DNA of 64,000 nt from a virus (Duplodnaviria; Caudoviricetes), in the IMG/VR virus record IMGVR_UViG_3300022602_000077, positions 7,161-71,160 of that record. One strand, written 5' to 3'. The notes below the pieces were generated by a model, which worked only from the letters and a program-made list of their open reading frames with translations, was not told the origin of the DNA and made no database searches. A program made the translations under genes and the position numbers. Within the stretch, counting starts at the first letter, position 1, and the number at the start of each line of letters is the position of its first letter. Shown here piece by piece: positions 52,007-59,384 of the stretch.

Positions 52007-53516
52007 TAAATTCATCTTCATTAGCCTGGTAATCCTCATGGTTCGTGCTGCTGTTCATCGTTATCACATGATCAAGATGATACACAACGCCCGGAATTCT
52101 GGTCACCTTATACCCTAGTTTATTAAACCGGTAAAACCGTTCCTGGTCTTCCGGCGCATAACTGATCATCTTCTCGTTTTCTCCCCCCGCCTCCATAAAT
52201 TTATCTTTCCGGTAAGCTATCACGCCGCCCACGCTCTTGCCGTCGTATGGTCTGCACCCTACAAATTCCGTCTTTCCCATCAGGCCCACATCTCTGTATT
52301 GCTTCATCACATTCACCCATACCCTCGGCACCCTGGCAAACCTTCCGTCATAAGGATACACAAAATCAGCTTCCTGCCGTCTGAGGGCTTCCACTGCCAG
52401 ATATATTTGCAGTGGTGGTGTAAGAATATCCGCATCGTAATTTATGACAATAGGTGTTTCTGCTTTGGCTGTCAGTCGGTTTATCATTCTTGTCCTGTGA
52501 AAAAGAGGAAAATGGAAACGCTTAAACCGAAAATGGATAAATGACACTTCCGGCATATGAAGGAATGAATTTCCTTGTTCCCCCACGCTTATAGTTACCC
52601 TGAAATACTGTTGCAGATGTAAAAGTATACGTTCCAGATTTACTTGCCTATCCAGGCTGTCATTGCTGCATGGAATAACAATCGTAACGTCATCAAGCGG
52701 TATTATTTTCTTTGTCGCTATTTCGCGGTATCTATGATCAAACACAGTCCACCGCTCCGGCCAGAAATCTTTATCATCATTCTTTTCCAGCAATGGCCCT
52801 GAAAAAAGGTAATTTGGCCTGATCACCTTTACGTCTTCATTCCGCATTTCCCCCAGGTAGGCCATCCACCAGCTAAAGGTGCTGTTTGCTATTATAAAGT
52901 TCTGGCACAGTCTGCCAAGTATAAGCTGCTCCATAGGGTTCAGCCCTTCCACAAAGGTTACATTCGGCATACACTGAAAATGCACTTTGCAATAATCAAT
53001 ATCATCCGAAAACACCAGAATATTATAATCCCGCCAATCCGGAAAATGCTCAAAAAGAGCCAGATAATAATACTCAATCGGGAGTAGTTCATAATTCGGA
53101 TTGTCTACATAGTCGCCTCTGCGTATGCTTATGGCTATTGTTTTTTCACCAAGTAAATGATGATATTCTTCGCTGATATTATCCCGGTAAAACCGTTGAA
53201 ATTTCAGTTTTTCTTTTACCACATCCTTACTATGCTGCCAGTATTTTTCACTTTGCAGCCAGCCGTTGATATTTACATGCCCCGTTGTGTAAGGCACAAA
53301 ATCAGCATCGTAATGGTATTGCTTTTCGGGGTAGAAATGCTGGCATTCCAGTTCTCCTGTTCTTGGCGGGTACTTAAAATATCTCCCCCATTGCCATTTG
53401 GGCAGCATTACCGCAGTATTATTTTTTTCGGCCAGCCCTATCATGCTGGCATACTGAAAAAGCTGGTTCCCCAGGTTGCCCCAAAGCCCGCTGTCAAATT
53501 CACTGAAAGTTATCAT
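51909..53516 (-). CDS. GT11 alpha-1,2-fucosyltransferase-like domain fused to a GT-A (GT2/GT7-like) domain
   Basis: GNLGNQLFQYA, ISIRRGDYV, IIANSTFSWW (GT11); TIVIP...DR..NL, YDADIL, GGENE....APED.ERF.RF..LG (GT-A). Confidence 0.88.
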   Translation of the reverse strand: MITFSEFDSGLWGNLGNQLFQYASMIGLAEKNNTAVMLPKWQWGRYFKYPPRTGELECQHFYPEKQYHYDADFVPYTTGHVNINGWLQSEKYWQHSKDVVKEKLKFQRFYRDNISEEYHHLLGEKTIAISIRRGDYVDNPNYELLPIEYYYLALFEHFPDWRDYNILVFSDDIDYCKVHFQCMPNVTFVEGLNPMEQLILGRLCQNFIIANSTFSWWMAYLGEMRNEDVKVIRPNYLFSGPLLEKNDDKDFWPERWTVFDHRYREIATKKIIPLDDVTIVIPCSNDSLDRQVNLERILLHLQQYFRVTISVGEQGNSFLHMPEVSFIHFRFKRFHFPLFHRTRMINRLTAKAETPIVINYDADILTPPLQIYLAVEALRRQEADFVYPYDGRFARVPRVWVNVMKQYRDVGLMGKTEFVGCRPYDGKSVGGVIAYRKDKFMEAGGENEKMISYAPEDQERFYRFNKLGYKVTRIPGVVYHLDHVITMNSSTNHEDYQANEDEFTKVKAMGDKELRAYVDDWGYFQPSSSDHHSGS

Positions 53517-53519
53517 AGC

Positions 53520-54143
53520 TTATCCCTTCTTGAAAATGAAGATTAGACCTTTGTAAAAATGTATGCTTTTTATGTGAAAATAATTTGGGCATCCCGATTG
53601 TTCGTTATTCAGGCTGTCGCACAATTGTTTAAAATATCGCATCGTTGTAGCATCACTTTCTTTTAAGCTTCCTCCATAGTTCTCCGGCCAGTAGCTTGTA
53701 TGTGCATCTTCCACCACATAAATGCCTCCCCTGTCCAGCATCGGAAAAAGTATTCTGAAAGTGGTAATTACATCACTATTCACATGGCTTCCATCATCTA
53801 TGATAATATCCGGCCTGCCCATATCCTCAACGATTTCTTCCAGAAAAACATTATCTGTCTGACTGCCCTTAAAAATCGTTACGTTATCTGGTCTGTCGGT
53901 TATCCCGCTTTTATCGTGTATGTCGAAAGTTACCACATACCCATTCTTAAAATACTCAGCCCACATTCGCATACTTTGGCCGCCCCTGTCCGGAGCCTCA
54001 TACCCCCCTATGCCTATCTCTAAGAGCATCACAGGCTCATTCCGCAATGGTTCAAAATAGCTATGGTATATCGGTGTATAGGCATGATGCTGAGGCCCTT
54101 TATCCGTGCCATGTTTCATCGCAAGCTGGCTAAGTAAATCCAT
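53520..54143 (-). CDS. Class I SAM methyltransferase (sugar O-methyltransferase-like)
   Basis: KHGTDK..HH.YT..Y, LLEIGIGGY, DIIIDDGSH, GGIYVVED. Confidence 0.82.
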   Translation of the reverse strand: MDLLSQLAMKHGTDKGPQHHAYTPIYHSYFEPLRNEPVMLLEIGIGGYEAPDRGGQSMRMWAEYFKNGYVVTFDIHDKSGITDRPDNVTIFKGSQTDNVFLEEIVEDMGRPDIIIDDGSHVNSDVITTFRILFPMLDRGGIYVVEDAHTSYWPENYGGSLKESDATTMRYFKQLCDSLNNEQSGCPNYFHIKSIHFYKGLIFIFKKG

Positions 54144-54145
54144 GT

Positions 54146-54724
54146 TTATTTCTTTTGAAAAATCATTATCGTATTCCTGAAATAATTCAGCCTTTCTTCC
54201 ACCACTGCCCTTGCCTTCAGGCTATCTTCAGCAAGCAGTTTAAAGCCCCTTTTCTCCATCTGGTCTATCACCCATATGTTATGCCTGCAACTCACATGCC
54301 CTATACCATCCTGTCCCGGCACTCCCCATGATAATACAATTCGATTACGTGTATACATAGCAAGATTGTCCAGAAACACAGGTAAAAAAACTTCGGGTAT
54401 GTGCTCACCTACTTCCAGGCATATTGAATTGAAACCCGCCCATCCGGAACCGAATCCGGGCACGACCTCTGGCGCTGTTCTTTCGCATAAGTCCCACACT
54501 ATAACATTCCCATACTCAAAATTCAATTTTTCCCCTTCCACCCCCAAAAGATGCTTATAACCTATGTCATGCAAATAACGTAGGTAACTCCCCGGCCCGC
54601 AACCGAAATCTATCAGAGCCTCGTTCTTTTCAAAATACGCCCCAATCCACTGCGCCAGCCTGTAGCTGAAATCATGGTGTTCCCGCGCTTCTTCCTTTGT
54701 CCATATCCCTGTTTCTCCCGGCAT
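54146..54724 (-). CDS. Class I SAM methyltransferase
   Basis: LIDFGCGPGSY, CLEVGEHIPE, PGQ.G.GHV.C. Confidence 0.82.
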   Translation of the reverse strand: MPGETGIWTKEEAREHHDFSYRLAQWIGAYFEKNEALIDFGCGPGSYLRYLHDIGYKHLLGVEGEKLNFEYGNVIVWDLCERTAPEVVPGFGSGWAGFNSICLEVGEHIPEVFLPVFLDNLAMYTRNRIVLSWGVPGQDGIGHVSCRHNIWVIDQMEKRGFKLLAEDSLKARAVVEERLNYFRNTIMIFQKK

Positions 54725-54885
54725 TATTCTGGTTTTTCGTAAGTAACTTCAATAGGCGCAGCATCCTTCAAAATTTGCATAAACTTTGCCTCAATCCTTT
54801 CATCTATCTTTTCAAGAACCTGCTTTGCGTTTGGCGCTTCCCAATTGATCTTACCCGGTTCTGTTTTGGTTTCGGTTTCGTTCAT
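54724..54885 (-). CDS. Small hypothetical protein, 53 aa (not in ORF track)
   Basis: Manual translation MNETETKTEPGKINWEAPNAKQVLEKIDERIEAKFMQILKDAAPIEVTYEKPE; TAATG-coupled to the MTase. Confidence 0.55.
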   Translation of the reverse strand: MNETETKTEPGKINWEAPNAKQVLEKIDERIEAKFMQILKDAAPIEVTYEKPE

Positions 54886-54921
54886 AAAATAAAAGTTGAA
54901 AAGTATTCCCCTGCCAAATAG

Positions 54922-54959
54922 CTTAACCCCAACGCACTCCCCTTTAGGGGCAGGGGGTT
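54922..54959. repeat. 38-bp REP-like hairpin, direct-repeat copy 1
   Basis: CTTAACCCCAACGCACTCCCCTTTAGGGGCAGGGGGTT; near-identical copy at 57416-57454. Confidence 0.8.
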
Positions 54960-55177
54960 TTTACAATATTCATCACTCCGCATTCCGTCCGTTTACATTT
55001 TATGCGCCCGTCCACCTTCACAAACTCTCCCAGCCCATGCCCGCAATGCCCGCACCTGGCAAGCCTGCCTTTAAATTTCGCCAGCACCATTTCAGGTTTT
55101 GGCGCAACAGTATATACAAGGGGCTTCTTATAATCCGGAACCGGAGTGAAAGTAGAATCGTGTCTAATGACAGACAT
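54944..55177 (-). CDS. Com-family zinc-ribbon regulator (Mu Com-like)
   Basis: RCGHCGHGLGEFVKVDGRIKCKRTECGVMNIV matches the Com pattern RCxxC..L......IKC.RC..MN. Confidence 0.7.
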   Translation of the reverse strand: MSVIRHDSTFTPVPDYKKPLVYTVAPKPEMVLAKFKGRLARCGHCGHGLGEFVKVDGRIKCKRTECGVMNIVKTPCP

Positions 55178-56637
55178 AGAGAGATAGAGTTTACCAAAAT
55201 TACTGTTTTTTTTATCACCACTTTCCTCACCTCATTCACCAGTGCGTTCTTATCGGTTTCCAGCATCTTCATTACATCGAAAATCTTATCGCTGAACCCC
55301 GCCATAGCAAAAACCTTCTGCTCCGGAAACTGCATAGTGCCATAGTTCTGCAAATCGAATGAGTAAATGAATGGGTTGGCTTTAAACCTCATCCTGTATG
55401 CCGAAGCTGCATATGTCGGTGTGTGGTGGCCTATCCATCCCTGCATATCGCTCAGTATGATCACCCGGTCATACTTCTTATTCAGTGTATCAAAGATCGA
55501 GTTGAAGTTTGTTCCGCCGCTGCTGAATTTTATCGCCCCGGCTATGGTCAGTGTGCTATCTGCCGGGTTCACGTTAGTGTATTTTGCACTATCCGAAAAT
55601 CTTACAAAATCAGCATTACATGCCTTTATAAGCACTGCGCTGAAAAGGCTTCCTATATTCGCTGGTTTACCCTCCATGCTGCCGCTCACGTCCAGCACCA
55701 CGCATGTATCTCCGTCAAACTGCGGCACGTTACGGCAGGCTATATCCACAGCCTTGCTTATCGCTGTCAGGGTTATCCTGCTGGCCGCGTCAGTGCCGCT
55801 TTTCTTTATTTCTTCATAGGCCGTAGCATACCTGAAAGGCAATACCAGGCTCTTGCTTATCAGCTTTTCGTCCGTGAGCATCGCCAGCGCTTCAGGCACC
55901 ACTTCCGGGGCCTGAGCCAGTATGTTCCGGAGGTTGCGCAGTAGCGCAAAGTATCCGATTTTCTTGCTTCGGATAAGTTCTGCCCACGCCTCTTTTTTGA
56001 ATTCCGCTTTTTCATCATCGTTTTCAGCTTTTTGTCCTGCTTCGCTTAATTTGCTTTCCCAGGTATCAAACGATTTCAGATCGTTTTTCACCAGCGCTTT
56101 CAGCGCCTCAGCGTTCTTTTCGCATGGCATAGGATGCACAAGGTTCACCACATCCACAAGGCTGAATTCCTTGCCCGCTCCCTTATACTTGGCAAGCTGG
56201 TAAGCGTCAAACTTCCCGAATGCCGCCGCAAAGCCCTTCTTCATGGCGTTGGGTATTTTACCGTTATTGGCCTTATGGAAGCTGAGAATTTCCATCATAT
56301 CATCTGGCCGGTACACAATGGCGGCGTAGAACCTGGTGGCCCATTCCTGCCCGCTTATATGCCTGGCAAGGTGTGAGGCCACCACATGACTGATCGACCG
56401 CATACCATATACGGTACGCGCATAGATCGCCGCCTGCGCCACAAACAGTTTGTTGCATACGCCGGTCAGGTGTTTCAGTCTTTCGAAGGTATCATCGGCT
56501 TTCCGGTAATAGGCATCACCGGCAAATGAAGTCAGCAGTATGGACATAAGTTCCAGTTCAGGGCTCTGCCCATAGGCTTCCCCACCTGCAAGGTTGATTG
56601 TTTTGGTAGTCGGTACTTGTTGATTGAAACGAGACAT
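55018..56637 (-). CDS. rsr: Ro60/TROVE domain RNA-binding protein with vWA domain
   Basis: NLAGGEAY....ELEL, ARTVYGMRS, F.KFDAYQLAKY, L.DV.NLVHP, GYFALLRNLRNI, VLPFRY..A, DVSGSM (MIDAS), IILSDMQ. The last about 60 aa look like read-through after an A8 tract. Confidence 0.95.
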   Translation of the reverse strand: MSRFNQQVPTTKTINLAGGEAYGQSPELELMSILLTSFAGDAYYRKADDTFERLKHLTGVCNKLFVAQAAIYARTVYGMRSISHVVASHLARHISGQEWATRFYAAIVYRPDDMMEILSFHKANNGKIPNAMKKGFAAAFGKFDAYQLAKYKGAGKEFSLVDVVNLVHPMPCEKNAEALKALVKNDLKSFDTWESKLSEAGQKAENDDEKAEFKKEAWAELIRSKKIGYFALLRNLRNILAQAPEVVPEALAMLTDEKLISKSLVLPFRYATAYEEIKKSGTDAASRITLTAISKAVDIACRNVPQFDGDTCVVLDVSGSMEGKPANIGSLFSAVLIKACNADFVRFSDSAKYTNVNPADSTLTIAGAIKFSSGGTNFNSIFDTLNKKYDRVIILSDMQGWIGHHTPTYAASAYRMRFKANPFIYSFDLQNYGTMQFPEQKVFAMAGFSDKIFDVMKMLETDKNALVNEVRKVVIKKTVILVNSISLCLSLDTILLSLRFRIIRSPLYILLRQNLKWCWRNLKAGLPGAGIAGMGWESL

Positions 56638-56677
56638 AGGTTGATAATTTAGGGATAAAAATTAGGGATAAAAGAAA

Positions 56678-56746
56678 TGCGGAAGAAAGTAACAAATGGT
56701 GTTAGTATCAATCCATATGAAGTAACCATCTGTATCACTATCCGCA
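56678..56746 (-). ncRNA. Y-RNA-like unit 1 (minimal)
   Basis: Closing stem TGCGGA/TCCGCA; TAGTGAT, GGTTACTTC and ACTTTCT motifs; second stem ACAGATGGT/ACCATTTGT. Confidence 0.75.
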
Positions 56747-56752
56747 AAGAGG

Positions 56753-56848
56753 TTTGTACGAGAAAGTTTCAGTGAGTTTCGCGGATTTGAACCGCTAATC
56801 CCCAAGGGAGATATTAACCGATGTAACTCACAAATCGCTACGTACAAA
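56753..56848 (-). ncRNA. Y-RNA-like unit 2 (hairpin plus T-arm payload)
   Basis: Closing stem TTTGTACG/CGTACAAA; TAGCGAT, GAGTTACATC, ACTTTCT; payload GCGG-TTCAAAT-CCGC. Confidence 0.8.
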
Positions 56849-56855
56849 AGAGGGG

Positions 56856-56938
56856 TTGCAAGAGAAAATTTCAAAGGGTTTTGTCTGGATGCTGAGTTTA
56901 AGTCGGCGTTGAAGTAACCCTGTGATCACTACCTGCAA
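56856..56938 (-). ncRNA. Y-RNA-like unit 3 (short payload)
   Basis: Closing stem TTGCA/TGCAA; GTAGTGAT, GGGTTACTTC, ATTTTCT; second stem CACAGGGTT/AACCCTTTG. Confidence 0.75.
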
Positions 56939-56943
56939 GAAGT

Positions 56944-57068
56944 TTAGCGAGAAAGTTTAAAAGAGAGTGCCTAAACCATTCGGCTTTCTCCCCAGGTAAC
57001 GTTTTTCCTGCGGGGGGGAGAATTGGAGTCGAACCAATAATGAAGTAACCCTTTTATCGCTACGCTAA
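56944..57068 (-). ncRNA. YrlA-like unit 4 (circularly permuted tRNA mimic)
   Basis: Closing stem TTAGCG/CGCTAA; T-arm ATTGG-TTCGACT-CCAAT, closed acceptor-like stem, D-arm GCC-GAATGGTTTA-GGC. Confidence 0.85.
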
Positions 57069-57079
57069 GATTTTTAAAA

Positions 57080-57223
57080 GATAAAAGGGAGAATATTTAA
57101 GCAGGAAATTTAGATGCTCTAACCAACTGAGCTAAAAGCTACGGTTCCGCAGCCTTGCAGGAATCGAACCTGTGACCCTCTCGCCCCAAACGAAGTAACC
57201 CGCTTATCGCTACCCCTTTTATC
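57080..57223 (-). ncRNA. YrlA-like unit 5 (circularly permuted tRNA mimic)
   Basis: Closing stem GATAAAAGGG/CCCTTTTATC; T-arm CAGG-TTCGATT-CCTG, closed acceptor-like hairpin AAGGCTGCGG-AA-CCGTAGCTTT, D-arm GCTC-AGTTGGTTA-GAGC. Confidence 0.88.
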
Positions 57224-57229
57224 CTTTGC

Positions 57230-57326
57230 CTGCCAAAGCCTTTTTCGGGCGACGGCAGGTTTCCAATATGTCAATGAACTTTTTGTATTTTTATCATCCG
57301 CCATAGCTTTTTCAGCGAAGGCGGAT
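57230..57326. repeat. Two REP-like hairpins
   Basis: CCTGCCAAAGCC..GGCGACGGCAGG and TCCGCCATAGCT..AGCGAAGGCGGA. Confidence 0.5.
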
Positions 57327-57384
57327 TGAGAGGACAAACATAATACCCAAAAACAAAAAAGTTTGTTAATTCTAAATTTTTGAA

Positions 57385-57392
57385 CAAAAGTA
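57385..57392 (-). promoter_or_regulatory. -7 element (TACTTTTG) of the likely ncRNA array/rsr promoter
   Basis: Matches TAnnTTTG on the minus strand about 160 nt upstream of unit 5. Confidence 0.5.
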
Positions 57393-57415
57393 CAAAAGAA
57401 ATCCCCCGCTGAAAT

Positions 57416-57454
57416 CTTAACCCCGACGCACTCCCCCTTTAGGGGCCGGGGGTT
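57416..57454. repeat. 39-bp REP-like hairpin, direct-repeat copy 2
   Basis: CTTAACCCCGACGCACTCCCCCTTTAGGGGCCGGGGGTT; abuts the terminase stop codon. Confidence 0.8.
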
Positions 57455-59078
57455 AAAACCCATGCCTCGTGCTCCTTCTTCCCAGCACCATATCACTCAC
57501 CTTCCCGCCCTGCTGGTGCCTGGCGTAGTTCCCCGGAAACGCCATTGTGAAAAAATACTCGTCGTGGTCGCTACAGTGGCCCCACCGCTCACTATTTATG
57601 CCGGTTATCGGGTCTAGGGCCTTAAGTTTCTGCTTGCTGCCATCACTTTCCTCTTTTATGTACAGATAGTCGTTCCGGGTATTGGTGCATTTCTTGTCTA
57701 TAAAGTATTCCAGTTCCGGAATGGCAAACCCGAAGATCGCATTCATAAACCCTATCCTGGTCGATACCGATGGCGCTTTTGTAGCCACTCTGAACGATGG
57801 TTTAAACCGTTTCAATTCACTCTTTATGATCAGGAAGTCATTGAACCCCTTCTCTGTCCGGGTATCTTCTTTCCTGCCATTCGGGTCGCCATACACATAG
57901 CTGGTACTTTTGTGCCTGAATCCGTATTTCTCCCTTATGTGCCTGCATATGCCCTGCGTCCGGTTGTGCGGGCTTCTCAGGCATATTTCTTCCAGCTTTA
58001 TTACCCGGTAATAAGGGTCGCCATTCACCGTGTTTTTATGCACCTGGTATACCCCGCAACTCATGTACGGGTTTACGTTAAAGTCAAATGAAAAATGCAA
58101 TGGCAGGTCTTCGTCATAGAGCCAGGGGTTCGGCAGGCCGTCCACCATTGCGCTGGTAAAATCCCCCACATTGCCATTATCGTCATAATCCTTATAGCAT
58201 TCGCCGCCAGCCTGCACCGGCATAGGGTTCTGCTGGTAAAGGCTCTGAAATACCCGCTTGCTTTTCTTCTCTATCATCAGCAGGCGTTCCAGGCTGTGCC
58301 TTTCCGGCCAAAGGCTTTCCCCTACCTTACGCGGGTCAAGCGGGTTATGCACGTTTTCCTTTATGGCTGGTAGCGAAAGTATATCCCACACATCGCCATT
58401 CCCAGCTTCCATGGCCTCTATCAGTTTCCCGCTCAGGTCATTGGTATCCCACCGGGTCTGTATGATCAGTATGCCGGTATTGTTATGTATCCTGGTCTCC
58501 GCCACACTCAGAAACCATTCCCAGGTGCTCTGTTGCATCACGGCGCTTTTCGCATCCTGCATATCCTTCACCGGGTCGTCTATTATCAGCATATCGGCAG
58601 GCGTTCCCGTCAGTGAGCCGCCCACACCCACGGTTTTCAAAAACCCCTGATAGTCTATGATGTCAAAGCGTTCCGCATTCCTGATGTACTTACCACCGCT
58701 GCCACTGCTTTGCAGCCGTGTTTGCGGGTATAGCGCCGCATATTCCGGACTGTCTATGTATTTCTGGCAATCCCTGTTAAAAGATTCCGCCATACTGGCC
58801 GAATAGCTTGCCAGCACCAGTTTTGTATCCGGATTGTTCCCGAATACATAAGCCGGAAAAAGCCTGCTTGTAAGTTCACTTTTACCAAACTGAGGCGGAA
58901 TAAAGATCATCAGCCTTTTTATCTCCCCTTTCAGAAACAAATCCAGTTTCTTGCAGATAATTTCATGGTGCCAGTTCACCATGTAGTTAGGCTTCATATA
59001 CTTCGCGAAAGCCAGCATATTCCTGCGGGCCAGTTCCTGGTCAAGAAGGGCCGTATCAATACCGGTAAGGTCAAACAT
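57453..59078 (-). CDS. terL: Terminase large subunit
   Basis: NWHHE.IC, IPPQFGKSEL (Walker A), IIDDPVKD (Walker B), IQTRWD..DL.G, YQQNP, FDFNV nuclease motif, YGDP.G. Confidence 0.95.
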   Translation of the reverse strand: MFDLTGIDTALLDQELARRNMLAFAKYMKPNYMVNWHHEIICKKLDLFLKGEIKRLMIFIPPQFGKSELTSRLFPAYVFGNNPDTKLVLASYSASMAESFNRDCQKYIDSPEYAALYPQTRLQSSGSGGKYIRNAERFDIIDYQGFLKTVGVGGSLTGTPADMLIIDDPVKDMQDAKSAVMQQSTWEWFLSVAETRIHNNTGILIIQTRWDTNDLSGKLIEAMEAGNGDVWDILSLPAIKENVHNPLDPRKVGESLWPERHSLERLLMIEKKSKRVFQSLYQQNPMPVQAGGECYKDYDDNGNVGDFTSAMVDGLPNPWLYDEDLPLHFSFDFNVNPYMSCGVYQVHKNTVNGDPYYRVIKLEEICLRSPHNRTQGICRHIREKYGFRHKSTSYVYGDPNGRKEDTRTEKGFNDFLIIKSELKRFKPSFRVATKAPSVSTRIGFMNAIFGFAIPELEYFIDKKCTNTRNDYLYIKEESDGSKQKLKALDPITGINSERWGHCSDHDEYFFTMAFPGNYARHQQGGKVSDMVLGRRSTRHGF

Positions 59079-59096
59079 GCGCCGTCATTAGTAGTA

Positions 59097-59118
59097 AGAC
59101 GGCGCAAAGGCTGTGCGG
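59097..59118 (-). promoter_or_regulatory. 22-nt leader motif, copy in the terL leader; part of a hairpin covering the start codon
   Basis: Identical to 51312-51333; TGCGCCGTC-N11-GACGGCGCA stem ends on the A of the terL ATG. Confidence 0.7.
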
Positions 59119-59330
59119 AAACCGTAAAGGTAGGAAGATTTCTTATGTAGCAGGGTTTTCCCTATCTATCGTGCTTTAGTGGCGTTGGCACCATTCAGCT
59201 TCGGTTCTTTATGCAGCCCGCGCACTCAAAAAGCCCCAAATCTTAACCTCAAAGCACTCCCCGGCACAACGCCCCGATTTTTATCGGGAGGGGTCGGGGG
59301 TAAAAAATTTCAAAAATTTATAACCAAAGT

Positions 59331-59361
59331 TTTGTTTTTCTTAACTTCTTTATTACGTTTG
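59331..59361 (+). promoter_or_regulatory. Canonical Bacteroidota promoter
   Basis: TTTG 59331-34, N19, TACGTTTG 59354-61. Confidence 0.7.
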
Positions 59362-59384
59362 CAACTCAACACGTTACGCGCTAT

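Noticed and set aside
57080-57223. Canonical tRNA gene
   Set aside because: T-arm precedes D-arm, the acceptor stem is closed by a loop, and there is no anticodon loop or CCA; treated as a YrlA-like mimic instead.
57119-57496. 125-aa ORF (and 56662..56874) over the ncRNA array
   Set aside because: Translations are low-information and overlap structured RNA units and REP hairpins; likely spurious.
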